A DNA stretch of 60,792 nucleotides from a virus (IMGVR_UViG_3300009136_000005:1-60792); one strand, 5' to 3'. Shown: positions 19,380 to 28,441, numbered from the stretch's first letter. The notes: generated from the letters alone by a model not told the origin. A program made the numbers and translations.

Positions 19380-19968
19380 AGGAAAACCAGCAGGATACTT
19401 TGAAAAAGTTCTTGCTGTTGATAGTGAAACATCAGGATTAAAATTTAATGCTGACGATCCATCAGAAGGGTTCCAATCAATCGCATGGGGATTTATCGTT
19501 GCTGATGCACATACATTAAAACCAATTGAAGAACTTTATGTTGAAATCAAATGGGATGGTGTTAGTGGTTGGCAAAGTGGTGCTCAAAAAGCACACGGAC
19601 TATCGAAAGAATATCTCGAAGAAAATGGAATGACAAATGAAGAAGCTGTCATGGCAATTGGTACATTAATAACAAAATACTTTGCTGATGGAAAGATTTG
19701 TTTGCTTGGTCACAATGTTGTATCATTTGATATTTGGTTTCTTAAACGTTTGTTCCGACAATTTGATATCGAGCTAAAGTTTGGTGCTCGTCATGTTGAT
19801 ACAAATTCAGTCGGGTTTGTTAATTGGGAAACTTTTAATTCGGACGACTTGTTTGAAGAAATAGGTTTCGATCAACGAGGTAATCATAACGCTCTTGAAG
19901 ATGCACGTATGGCATTGGAAGCAGCAAGAGTTTCACGACTACTTTTTCAAACAATGTTGGAAGAGTAG
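19366..19968 (+). CDS. DEDDh 3'-5' exonuclease (DnaQ/RNase T-like)
   Basis: VDSETSG (ExoI), GHNVVSFD (ExoII), HNALEDA (ExoIII). Confidence 0.9.
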   Translation: MATVKGKPAGYFEKVLAVDSETSGLKFNADDPSEGFQSIAWGFIVADAHTLKPIEELYVEIKWDGVSGWQSGAQKAHGLSKEYLEENGMTNEEAVMAIGTLITKYFADGKICLLGHNVVSFDIWFLKRLFRQFDIELKFGARHVDTNSVGFVNWETFNSDDLFEEIGFDQRGNHNALEDARMALEAARVSRLLFQTMLEE

Positions 19969-20115
19969 TGGCTGAAAATATACTTTATTTTATTGCAGGA
20001 TTAGTAGTGATGAAAATTGGATTAGAATGGTTTCGAACATTGATGGTCAAGTGGCGCTATAAAGTGTTTGTTGATCAAATATATAAAGAAGCAATTGAAG
20101 CAAGGAAAAAACCCG

Positions 20116-20451
20116 ATGCATGAATATTCGTCTGGCCCTCCTCCGTTGGGAACGCCATCATTGAAAGGAATACTGTTTGGGATTTGTCTCATTGTTGTGA
20201 TTACCTTGGCGACAGTTATGACGTTGGAATACCTCGACGCCGTCCATCCTCTTAAACCAACAAAGAACCTTGTTCCGACTCACATACAGGGTGACGTAGT
20301 ACAATCAGTTGTCAACGGGGATAAGGGACAAGTAATTTATACAATATGTGACACAGTTAAGTGTGGGTATGAAGTAAGATTTAAAACTGACACTGGACGA
20401 TATCAATCTATAATGATGAACGGGTTTGAAATAGAAAAGGTAACACAATGA
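20116..20451 (+). CDS. Membrane-anchored SH3/KOW-like small protein (paralog 1)
   Basis: TM then GDVV...KGQV...C...C.Y.V.F pattern shared with 20448 and 21315. Confidence 0.6.
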   Translation: MHEYSSGPPPLGTPSLKGILFGICLIVVITLATVMTLEYLDAVHPLKPTKNLVPTHIQGDVVQSVVNGDKGQVIYTICDTVKCGYEVRFKTDTGRYQSIMMNGFEIEKVTQ

Positions 20452-20723
20452 AAAAATATATTGTTGTAGCATTTGCTCCAGTTATCGCATTGCTCATTAT
20501 ATTAGGTATTGTTGAATATATTTTACAAATGCCTCGACCGACACCACTATATGGAAAAGGTCAACAAGTCGAAACTGTAGCAGATAACACCAAAGGACAA
20601 ATTATTCAAGTATTTTGTATTCCGAATGAAGCTGTCTGCCACTACATCGTTCAAATATACATATCTGGTCAGTTTAAAGATATTCGTCTTGAAGAACACG
20701 AAATTTATGAAGGAATAAAATAA
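20448..20723 (+). CDS. Membrane-anchored SH3/KOW-like small protein (paralog 2)
   Basis: TM then GQQV...KGQI...C...C.Y.V. Confidence 0.6.
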   Translation: MKKYIVVAFAPVIALLIILGIVEYILQMPRPTPLYGKGQQVETVADNTKGQIIQVFCIPNEAVCHYIVQIYISGQFKDIRLEEHEIYEGIK

Positions 20724-21220
20724 TGTCAATAACAACTCATATGTCAAACGGATTAATCGATTATATTAATCCTACGTACGACGAAATTAAGATGTGTTGT
20801 AAACATCTTTCTCAATTTATTCACTACAACGATTCGCCAATATGTAAGGTTGATTGCATTGTAGGAGTTACACGAGGAGGTTTGATGCCTGCTCAAGAAT
20901 TGTCTCACCGAATGCACATTCCGATGGAGACTGTAAACTATTCTTCCAAGAGTGGTGCTGGTGATAATAAGGATCATGCAAACATCGTTCCAGATATTCG
21001 AGGGAAGAGTATTCTTCTTGTTGATGACATTTGTGATAGTGGTGGGACATTATATGAACTGCAAAATATTTATACCAAACGAGGATATGAAGTTTTCACA
21101 GCCGTCATATATTACAAAAAATTATCCGCTGCTGATAGTGCAATTATTCCAGATGTGTGGGCATTAAAGATTTCAAAGAATTTTGGGTTCATTAATTTTC
21201 CTTGGGAAATTCAGGGGTGA
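20723..21220 (+). CDS. Type I phosphoribosyltransferase (purine PRTase-like)
   Basis: GVTRGG, ILLVDDICDSGGT PRPP loop, FPWE. Confidence 0.9.
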   Translation: MSITTHMSNGLIDYINPTYDEIKMCCKHLSQFIHYNDSPICKVDCIVGVTRGGLMPAQELSHRMHIPMETVNYSSKSGAGDNKDHANIVPDIRGKSILLVDDICDSGGTLYELQNIYTKRGYEVFTAVIYYKKLSAADSAIIPDVWALKISKNFGFINFPWEIQG

Positions 21221-21314
21221 GTGGAGAGTGGATTTTATTACCAGCAACCATAATTGTCGTATTAGTTATTAGATACCAATACAAGAAAATGATAAAAGAG
21301 GACAAAGAAAGAGG

Positions 21315-21617
21315 ATGAAATTTTCAAAAGGATTCACACTAATCGAATTAATAGTCGCCTTGTGCATAATTGCAATACTAGGAGTTTATCTGGGAAGCCG
21401 GATAATGTCAGAAGATGAACCGCGACCAATTGCTAATTATCATATAGGTCAAATGGTTATTTCAAATATCGACAAGAAGAGTGGTCAAGTCGTTCGTTCA
21501 ATGTGTCATCGTGACAAGCCGAGATGTTTCTATCACGTCAAATTTTGGACAGATGAAGGATTCAGAGTATCAACGATGGAAGAGTATGAATTTAGTGTCG
21601 ATACAAATGGATTCTAA
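21315..21617 (+). CDS. Prepilin-leader protein (paralog 3 of TM-SH3 family)
   Basis: MKFSKG|FTLIELIVALCIIAILG type IV pilin N-terminal motif; GQMV...SGQV...C...C.Y.V.F domain. Confidence 0.75.
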   Translation: MKFSKGFTLIELIVALCIIAILGVYLGSRIMSEDEPRPIANYHIGQMVISNIDKKSGQVVRSMCHRDKPRCFYHVKFWTDEGFRVSTMEEYEFSVDTNGF

Positions 21618-21813
21618 AAAGAAAACACTTTGCCCGAAATGTGGAACACCTGATTGTATTTCAACAAAGGAATACAAGAAACACATAAAAATAACAGGTG
21701 CTGGTGTTCTTAGTATCAAGTCAAAATGGCTGACTAGATCGTGCAAATTTAGACAGCAACTACGTATATTAAACAGATATAAAATCAAGAAAAATCGGTT
21801 GACCCCTAAATAG
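21607..21813 (+). CDS. Small basic Zn-ribbon protein
   Basis: CPKCG motif; ATG at 21607. Confidence 0.45.
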   Translation: MDSKKKTLCPKCGTPDCISTKEYKKHIKITGAGVLSIKSKWLTRSCKFRQQLRILNRYKIKKNRLTPK

Positions 21814-21827
21814 TATTCCTGTATAAT
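21799..21827 (+). promoter_or_regulatory. sigma70 promoter
   Basis: TTGACC-17bp-TATAAT. Confidence 0.7.
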
Positions 21828-21837
21828 AGGGAATATT

Positions 21838-21987
21838 ATGAAGACAAAATCTAAAAATCGCAACTTTGTTGCCAAACATGCTCGATCTGCTGGTGCTGGA
21901 TTTCACAAAGCAAAATCCGGTAAGCATGCACTCCGTTCACGTCAAAAAGCGGCATTTCGACGTGCATTAAAACTATTGAGCGATTAA
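21838..21987 (+). CDS. 49-aa highly basic protein (not in ORF track)
   Basis: MKTKSKNRNFVAKHARSAGAGFHKAKSGKHALRSRQKAAFRRALKLLSD; own promoter. Confidence 0.7.
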   Translation: MKTKSKNRNFVAKHARSAGAGFHKAKSGKHALRSRQKAAFRRALKLLSD

Positions 21988-22044
21988 CTCCTTCTTTTAA
22001 CAGGGTTTTTACCTGTTGACCTTTTACCCTTATTCACGTATAAT
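21985..22044 (+). promoter_or_regulatory. Conserved early promoter
   Basis: Degenerate IHF-like TAACTCCTTCTTT; TTGACC(22016)-17bp-TATAAT; spacer box TTTTACCCT. Confidence 0.75.
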
Positions 22045-22076
22045 ATACGTATATTTCAACAAAATAGGTAATTATT

Positions 22077-22520
22077 ATGGGTTGGTGGTCTTGTACAGTA
22101 ATGGGTGGTGATACTCCGCTCGATCTTCAAGCTGATCTGATAGAAACAGCTGGTACTGATTATGAGTACTTTCAGGATAAACTTAACTTCGATATGACAA
22201 AACTCAAAGACGGTTTCACCGAGCATCTTGGTGAGATGATCATGTTTTGTGAGAACCGACAGAACGATAGGTTTTGTGACGAACGAAACGTTGCATTTCA
22301 AGTTCTCGGTGCCATTACGATGGAAGCTGGTACAACTATTCCGGATTCAGTCAGAACTAAAATCATCGATGGTGCAAAGAACGATGGTTGGGCATACAAT
22401 GATTCAGAACGCAAACAGCACATGGATGCGTTCATCTCTGTTGTCGAAACATACGATAATACTCCGACTAAAATTCCTTACGAAAGTCTCTTTCAAAAAT
22501 TTGCCGAGAAATTATCATAA
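22077..22520 (+). CDS. Hypothetical protein (MGxW..G.D N-terminus, DUF4259-like)
   Basis: MGWWSCTVMGGDTPLD. Confidence 0.6.
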   Translation: MGWWSCTVMGGDTPLDLQADLIETAGTDYEYFQDKLNFDMTKLKDGFTEHLGEMIMFCENRQNDRFCDERNVAFQVLGAITMEAGTTIPDSVRTKIIDGAKNDGWAYNDSERKQHMDAFISVVETYDNTPTKIPYESLFQKFAEKLS

Positions 22521-22888
22521 TGATTACTGTACTACAAGAAACCACTGTTTGGGACAAAGCACAAGTTGCAAATGGAATCTATCATTTGAACGATTCTGGA
22601 TATCTTGTTGCTTTTAAGGGTGTCAACAGTGAGCTTAAAACCTTCAAAAATCCATTGAAGAATTTCAGTAAGGCTCGTCGTAAGTTCGTAGTACTTGATA
22701 CATATGAAGACGAAGCCGAAAATGATGGGTTAACGAGAATCAAATTTACCGGAAGTAAGGGTAATACTTATGTCGTCACAGTACAAGATGGGGATGCACG
22801 ATGTAATTGCCCTGGTTTTACTTTCCGCGGAAAATGTAAGCATTCTGACGAGATTCGTGGGAAGATTGCTGAGGGTGTTGACTTTTAA
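22520..22888 (+). CDS. SWIM zinc-finger protein
   Basis: GSKGNTYVV...CNCPGFTFRGKCKH. Confidence 0.85.
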   Translation: MITVLQETTVWDKAQVANGIYHLNDSGYLVAFKGVNSELKTFKNPLKNFSKARRKFVVLDTYEDEAENDGLTRIKFTGSKGNTYVVTVQDGDARCNCPGFTFRGKCKHSDEIRGKIAEGVDF

Positions 22889-22906
22889 CCCAAACTATGG
22901 GATAAT
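22878..22906 (+). promoter_or_regulatory. Conserved early promoter
   Basis: TTGACT-17bp-GATAAT, spacer TTTAACCCAAA. Confidence 0.7.
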
Positions 22907-22960
22907 TAGGCAACAGAAAATAGTTTTATAGGGTAAAACCGAAATTTTAAGGAGTAACAC

Positions 22961-23500
22961 ATGAGTACAAACATTCACGAACTCAATTGGAGCGATCGAT
23001 TCGCGATAATTGACAAATACAAACCAGCTGATGATGTCATCTGTGAATCACTTGATGTGACACAAGATGAACTCGACACAGCTCGTGATCTTCGCAGTAA
23101 CGGCAATTTTAAAGCCAAGTCGGACGTCGATCTCAATGAATATGCAGAACTGTTGGCAACGACTACACCTACCAAGAAGCCGACGAAAGAAAAGACTGCT
23201 ACCACACACGTAAAACCTGCTGCAAAGAAAGCCAAAGATCAAAAGCCTGAAACTGCAACCAAGCCTGTTCGTACACCGAAAAAGCGTGGTCGCAAAGGCA
23301 ACAAGATCTCAAATGCATTTCTTGCTGTTCCTGCTGTTCCTGTTTCTGCTGAGGATTTTATCACAGAGCATGGTGTGTCACTTGCAGTTCTTCGCCAGTC
23401 TCGTCGTTTCGACAAGTCAGGATTGGATGGAGCTGTTCGAGTCAAGCAAGACAAAGAAACAAAAACTCTTATGGTTTGGCGCGAGTCAATCGAAGGGTAA
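22961..23500 (+). CDS. Putative DNA-binding protein with K/P/T-rich linker
   Basis: AAGGAG RBS; KKRGRKG; own promoter and terminator. Confidence 0.65.
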   Translation: MSTNIHELNWSDRFAIIDKYKPADDVICESLDVTQDELDTARDLRSNGNFKAKSDVDLNEYAELLATTTPTKKPTKEKTATTHVKPAAKKAKDQKPETATKPVRTPKKRGRKGNKISNAFLAVPAVPVSAEDFITEHGVSLAVLRQSRRFDKSGLDGAVRVKQDKETKTLMVWRESIEG

Positions 23501-23549
23501 ATTTCAGCGTTCATAGCACAGTTGTCTTACCATGGCAACTACCTCCGAG

Positions 23550-23587
23550 AAAAGCCGCCTTCTGATAGGGGTGGCTTTTTCTTTTTC
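23550..23587 (+). terminator. Rho-independent terminator
   Basis: AAAAGCCGCC..GGTGGCTTTT stem then T-run. Confidence 0.8.
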
Positions 23588-23598
23588 CGTGGAGACCC

Positions 23599-23627
23599 TT
23601 GACAAATGGATTTGATCAATGTATAAT
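23599..23627 (+). promoter_or_regulatory. Consensus sigma70 promoter for queE
   Basis: TTGACA-17bp-TATAAT. Confidence 0.8.
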
Positions 23628-23649
23628 AATAAGAAAGTAGGAGACATTA

Positions 23650-24567
23650 GTGACAGATAAAACATTTAAATATAGTGAAATATTCCACTCATTTCAAGGG
23701 GAAGGGAACTACACAGGCGTTCAAACAGCATGGATAAGATTCTTCCTTTGCAATTTACAATGTGACGGATTCGGACAAAAAGACCCGACCGACAAATCAA
23801 CATACGTTCTTCCTTACACAGATTTTGATGTCAGTACAGTAGAACGAATTGAAGATCTTCCTGTTTGGGAATATGGTTGTGATTCGAGTTACACTTGGGC
23901 GAAGAAGTATCGACATCTCGCTCACGACGAAAACGCATCCCAAATTTGTGATAATCTTGAAGCAGTGTTTAAACACAGTACAAATCCAGAAGGCAAGTTC
24001 TTACATCCTCATTCTGGTCAATATACTCACATGGCGTTCACAGGTGGAGAACCTATGTTAAACCAAGAGGCTATGGTTGCAATCCTTTGTGAATTTCAGA
24101 ACAGACAGAATTTTCCGAATTATGTAACAGTTGAGACAAATGGGACAAAACCATTTAAACAAAAGGGACAGACAGGATTAGACACTTACTTGAAACACTT
24201 TTATCAGTGGCATGATAGAGAATGGTTTTGGTCATGTAGTCCTAAACTGTTTTCCACGAGTGGTGAGTTGGCGAAGAAAGCAATTAAGCCTGAATTTGTT
24301 GCAAGTTATGCTGAGGCAAGTAATTGTGGTCAACTGAAATATGTTGTTAACGGAACTCCTCAAAGTTGGGATGAAGTTGAACAACACACAGAAGCATTTC
24401 GAAAGGCAGGTGTTGATTGGGATGTTTGGATTATGCCCGTTGGTGCCACGAAGGAACAACAACAAGATCCTCAAATAGCAGAGATTGCAGTAGAAGCAAT
24501 TCAACGTGGATATCACGTATCAGGAAGATTGCATTGTTACATATTTGGTAATCAAATAGGAACATAA
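23650..24567 (+). CDS. queE: 7-carboxy-7-deazaguanine synthase (radical SAM)
   Basis: SEIFHSFQGEG, CNLQC..(insert)..CDS, TGGEP, ETNGT, SPKL, RLH; AGGAG before GTG. Confidence 0.88.
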   Translation: MTDKTFKYSEIFHSFQGEGNYTGVQTAWIRFFLCNLQCDGFGQKDPTDKSTYVLPYTDFDVSTVERIEDLPVWEYGCDSSYTWAKKYRHLAHDENASQICDNLEAVFKHSTNPEGKFLHPHSGQYTHMAFTGGEPMLNQEAMVAILCEFQNRQNFPNYVTVETNGTKPFKQKGQTGLDTYLKHFYQWHDREWFWSCSPKLFSTSGELAKKAIKPEFVASYAEASNCGQLKYVVNGTPQSWDEVEQHTEAFRKAGVDWDVWIMPVGATKEQQQDPQIAEIAVEAIQRGYHVSGRLHCYIFGNQIGT

Positions 24568-24795
24568 GATGACAAAGGAACTAAAACATCTGCTGAATAA
24601 AATAAACAAGGTGACAAGTTGTCATCGACATGGTCGTCCAATTCCTGAAAAATACTTAGATGAATTGGCGGATGCTCAGATTGAATATGAGCGTGCTGAA
24701 CGCCAATATAACACTTGGGAAGACATTCATCAAAACGGCCCATAAATAGTACTACAATACGCTACGAATGTAGTGATAACCGAATAGGAAGTATT

Positions 24796-25206
24796 ATGGC
24801 TAAGAAGAAAATATACAGAGCAGGAGTTATTCCATACATCATTGAAGACGGACAATTGCAAATGATGTTTATGAAACCATCCAAAACAAAATATGGTGGT
24901 TCGGATTTTCAAATTGCAAAGGGAAAGTATGAAGAAGGTGAAACAGCAGTTGAAGCAGGAATGCGTGAGGCGAAAGAAGAATTAGGATTGTTTGGTGGTA
25001 ATGTTGAGCATCTTGATGAACTTGGAGTTTTCATGGGAAGAACAACTGTGTTCATTGCAGCAATTAAAGATAAGGATATGTTTGGTGAACCACATTTTGA
25101 AACAGCAAAAACTAAGTGGATGACGCCAGAACAATTCCAACAAGAAGGAAGAGGATTACACAAACCTGTTGTAAAAGCAGCAACAAGAAAGATAGGCAAA
25201 ATATAA
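24796..25206 (+). CDS. NUDIX hydrolase
   Basis: KGKYEEGETAVEAGMREAKEELG Nudix box; AGGA RBS; ATAAATA at 24742-24748. Confidence 0.9.
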   Translation: MAKKKIYRAGVIPYIIEDGQLQMMFMKPSKTKYGGSDFQIAKGKYEEGETAVEAGMREAKEELGLFGGNVEHLDELGVFMGRTTVFIAAIKDKDMFGEPHFETAKTKWMTPEQFQQEGRGLHKPVVKAATRKIGKI

Positions 25207-25221
25207 TATAGAGGCAACAAA

Positions 25222-25776
25222 ATGTACATATCAACAAAATCATACGGACCAGAAGAAGGGTTCGCAATTGCATATCGTCAATGGCGAGCAGATCGTAAGA
25301 GTGGGAAGTCAGACGGTGAGGTTTATACTCACGATGAAATTCCAGGTTGTTCAGCACTTCATGGATATGCAATGAGTTTCTACTTTGAGTTTTCAAGCAA
25401 AACACTTGATGCCCGCAATTGGGTAGTAGACTTTGGATCACTTCGTCCACTTAAAGAATTCCTTAAGGAGACGTTCGATCACACAGTCCTTGTCGCAAGC
25501 GATGACCCACATCACGCTGAGTATGTACGACTTCGTGAGATGGGCTTATTGAAGCTTGTAGAAGTAGAGAACACTGGTTGTGAAGCACTTGCTAAGTTCC
25601 TTTGCGACTATGTCAATGACATTTTCCTTCCAACACACTATCCAGTTGGTAGCAATCAAGAACTTTGGTGTAGTCTAGTAGAAGTTCGTGAAACACCTTC
25701 AAATAGTGCGAAGTATGTAAATGCAGACGGAAAAGGATCTGATGGTACAGGTAGTGTTGCAGCCGATAAGGCATAA
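25222..25776 (+). CDS. queD: 6-carboxytetrahydropterin synthase (QueD/PTPS)
   Basis: YRQWRAD, CSALHGY, WVVDFG, FDH, GCE, VRET. Confidence 0.85.
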   Translation: MYISTKSYGPEEGFAIAYRQWRADRKSGKSDGEVYTHDEIPGCSALHGYAMSFYFEFSSKTLDARNWVVDFGSLRPLKEFLKETFDHTVLVASDDPHHAEYVRLREMGLLKLVEVENTGCEALAKFLCDYVNDIFLPTHYPVGSNQELWCSLVEVRETPSNSAKYVNADGKGSDGTGSVAADKA

Positions 25777-25825
25777 TATGCATTTATCTTCGTTTGATTG
25801 ATAAATAAACGAAAGAGGAATTATC

Positions 25826-26026
25826 ATGGATAAAACAAGATTATTAGAGTTGGCTGGTGTACAACTGAACGAAAAGACTGATGATGTAACGATTACACTT
25901 TCACGAGATGTTCTCGGTACGTTAATTGCGGCGCTGGAAGTAATGGAAGATTTCGAAGAAGATGATGATTCGTTAAAAGATATCGAAGTCGCTTCTAAAA
26001 TAGTAAACAAAGCCTACCAACAGTAA
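25826..26026 (+). CDS. Late acidic protein, putative head-internal protein
   Basis: ATAAATA at 25801; RLLELAGV-QLNE N-terminus. Confidence 0.6.
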   Translation: MDKTRLLELAGVQLNEKTDDVTITLSRDVLGTLIAALEVMEDFEEDDDSLKDIEVASKIVNKAYQQ

Positions 26027-26035
26027 GGACATAAT

Positions 26036-26356
26036 ATGAAACTTATTAAGAAACTCAACGAACAACGCATTTCAGATGCGCGACCAGATAGCAAATTCAA
26101 ATATCTTGATATTGATTCTATTACAGGAATCAATGATATTCTTGAAGGCGATTTTGATAGCGACTATACAGCTCGTAAAGATATGGATAAGCTTGTTGAT
26201 CAATACAAAGAAAAAGATTTTTCTGACATGGAAGAACAAGAAGTTAAAGATATGATTGGTGATGATCTCGAAATGCTTGAATATGATTCGGCTCAAATCA
26301 AAAAGATGATTCCATACGTGCTTAACAAACTTAAAAATACCATTTTAGGAAAATAA
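26036..26356 (+). CDS. Late acidic protein, putative head-internal protein
   Basis: MKLIKKLNE N-terminus; AGGA RBS. Confidence 0.6.
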   Translation: MKLIKKLNEQRISDARPDSKFKYLDIDSITGINDILEGDFDSDYTARKDMDKLVDQYKEKDFSDMEEQEVKDMIGDDLEMLEYDSAQIKKMIPYVLNKLKNTILGK

Positions 26357-26360
26357 TATT

Positions 26361-26600
26361 ATGAAATTAAAACAATTGTTTGAAGGTGAACAACTAACTG
26401 ACACGGAAAAATTAGCTCTTGGAGAGCGCATCGACGATGCAGTTGAAAGTATGTCAGTAGCTGGTGAAGGTGGTACTGATGACTACGAGTTTTGGATCAC
26501 AATATTAAAGAAATTAGGACAAACCAAAAAGGCACAATATTGGGAAAAAGAATTGGATATGGATACGCACAGAAATGAAACTGGTAGAAATCTCAGTTAA
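26361..26600 (+). CDS. Late acidic protein, putative head-internal protein
   Basis: MKLKQLFE N-terminus; AGGA RBS. Confidence 0.6.
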   Translation: MKLKQLFEGEQLTDTEKLALGERIDDAVESMSVAGEGGTDDYEFWITILKKLGQTKKAQYWEKELDMDTHRNETGRNLS

Positions 26601-26770
26601 TGAGATCCAATTTTATGCTGCTAGGCAAGTTGACTTGCACCCAGACCTTTATGCCTCGTTCCTACAACAACTAAACGATATGGCACGTAAGGAAAGCGTG
26701 TCACTACTACCATCTACGATATTTGAAACCTACCACAACCGACTGAAAAAGACTGCGTAAATCTAATTTG

Positions 26771-26852
26771 TAACCCCTTGATTTTACAGGGATTATTGCC
26801 GTTGACTTTTGGGTAAAAGTATGGGATAATTACCATAGAAATCAACAACTTA
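26771..26852 (+). promoter_or_regulatory. Conserved early promoter flanked by two perfect IHF-consensus sites
   Basis: TAACCCCTTGATT (26771-83), TTGACT(26802)-17bp-GATAAT, AATCAACAACTTA (26840-52). Confidence 0.8.
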
Positions 26853-26864
26853 GAGGATACAACT

Positions 26865-27185
26865 ATCAAAGCACATTTAAGCAAATTCCGGCGACGATAT
26901 AATCTTTGGGCATGTAGTTTCTTCGATCATAAGCCAGATTGTGAAAACATGACATCTCGTGAACGTATGCCTGATTGGGCGTTTCCAGAGCATAATATCG
27001 CTGCGAGAGTAGATTGGAACAACGAACATCATTACGAGCGTTATACAACTTGTGTACGCTGTGGCAAAGAAATTACGTATGTTAGATTTTTCAATTTCTG
27101 GCGGACAAAAGCCGATCTGGTAGAGCGTAATCTGCGCGAATGGTTGGATGCAGAGGACGCTACCAAAATTCGGGATACATTTTAA
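26865..27185 (+). CDS. Zn-binding hypothetical protein (C..F.H...CxxCG); probable ATC start
   Basis: Open frame extends 28 codons upstream of ATG 26949 to an ATC 8 nt after GAGG; extension supplies ACSFFDHKP. Confidence 0.55.
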   Translation: MKAHLSKFRRRYNLWACSFFDHKPDCENMTSRERMPDWAFPEHNIAARVDWNNEHHYERYTTCVRCGKEITYVRFFNFWRTKADLVERNLREWLDAEDATKIRDTF

Positions 27186-27244
27186 AGGATTGAAAAACCG
27201 CATTCTACTGCGCGAAAATAAATGGATTAAATCCAGTTTGCCCG

Positions 27245-27273
27245 TTGACTTTTACCCTAATTTGAGGGATAAT
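27245..27273 (+). promoter_or_regulatory. Conserved early promoter
   Basis: TTGACT-17bp-GATAAT, spacer TTTACCCTAA. Confidence 0.75.
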
Positions 27274-27307
27274 GGGCGTATTATTTAACAAATATTGGTA
27301 TGATTCT

Positions 27308-28441
27308 ATGTCAACAGAACTAACAAAAAGCGAAGCAGAAGCCGAACTTCTCGTCGAATTCTACGGTGAGAAGGAAATGCGGTGGTACCAAATCGCTGCT
27401 CGCAACGAGACAATTCAAGCTCTCAAAGACAACGTTAATCGGATCCTGATTGTTCAACCAACTGGATCTGGTAAAACACTAACAATCGTATCATCTCTTT
27501 CACATCCAGAATTTCGTAAAGCACTTGGTGTTACTTGCCAACGTCCTTTACGTGTTCTGTTTCTTGCTCACAAGCATCGTCTATTATCTCAGGCTGAAAA
27601 GACGTTTGTTGCTGACTGTAATGTCGAACTAATTACACAATCTGTATTCACACGCATTTCACCAGAATTGGTAAAGGAAGGTTGGGATGTCGCTGTTTTA
27701 GATGAAGCACATCACGAAGCATGTATGTCAATTCAACTTCAACTTGATGATATTGGCGAGCGGCCATTTATTGGTTTAACTGCTACACCTGATCGTGCGA
27801 GTGGTGAAGTTATCAAATTTGAAACCATCGTTAATCCGATTTCTCGTGAACAGGCTGTTGAAGAAGGTTGGTTGGCTGAAACAGAACTGAATACATTTGT
27901 CGATACTCCTGCTGCTGACAAGACTGAAATCATCAAAGATATGGTCGAGTCTTATGGTCACGAAATGGGACAAACTATGGTGTTTGTTCGCACTAAACGT
28001 GAGGTTGCAGCGATTGCTGAATACTTAAATGACTCAGGTTATGCCACAGTTGCATTGTTGAGTCAATCTGAGAAGCAACTCGATGAACTTCTTGATGATT
28101 TTTCAGCTGGTGGTATTCAATTTATCGTTAACTGCAACAAGATTAACGAAGGTGTTGATGTTGTTGGTTGTACTGACGTTTTACTTGGTCGTCAATTCGG
28201 TTCTTATCCGCAGTTGAATCAGGTTATTGGTCGTGCAGCACGTCCTGATAGCGATTGTCGTGTTTGGGAGCTGATTAATCCATTATCAGCACAAAACAAA
28301 GATACTACGGTTGTTGTTGGAACACCATCACGTCATCGGTTAATTTCAAAATCTCGTGGCGAATGGACTGAACGTGAATTCGATTATGTCACATCTACAC
28401 GCGCAATTGACGATGTACTCACAATGGGAAGTACAGGATAA
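27308..28441 (+). CDS. SF2 DEAH-box helicase (RadD/UvsW/ResIII-like)
   Basis: RWYQ, PTGSGKT, DEAHH, GLTATP, EGVDV, QVIGRAAR. Confidence 0.92.
   Translation: MSTELTKSEAEAELLVEFYGEKEMRWYQIAARNETIQALKDNVNRILIVQPTGSGKTLTIVSSLSHPEFRKALGVTCQRPLRVLFLAHKHRLLSQAEKTFVADCNVELITQSVFTRISPELVKEGWDVAVLDEAHHEACMSIQLQLDDIGERPFIGLTATPDRASGEVIKFETIVNPISREQAVEEGWLAETELNTFVDTPAADKTEIIKDMVESYGHEMGQTMVFVRTKREVAAIAEYLNDSGYATVALLSQSEKQLDELLDDFSAGGIQFIVNCNKINEGVDVVGCTDVLLGRQFGSYPQLNQVIGRAARPDSDCRVWELINPLSAQNKDTTVVVGTPSRHRLISKSRGEWTEREFDYVTSTRAIDDVLTMGSTG

Noticed and set aside
21838-21987. ArfA ribosome-rescue factor
   Set aside because: Basic and small, but lacks the KGKGSY motif.
23500-23650. preQ1 riboswitch upstream of queE/queD/folE2
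   Set aside because: No preQ1 stem-loop plus A-rich tail found; the leaders after the promoters are too short.
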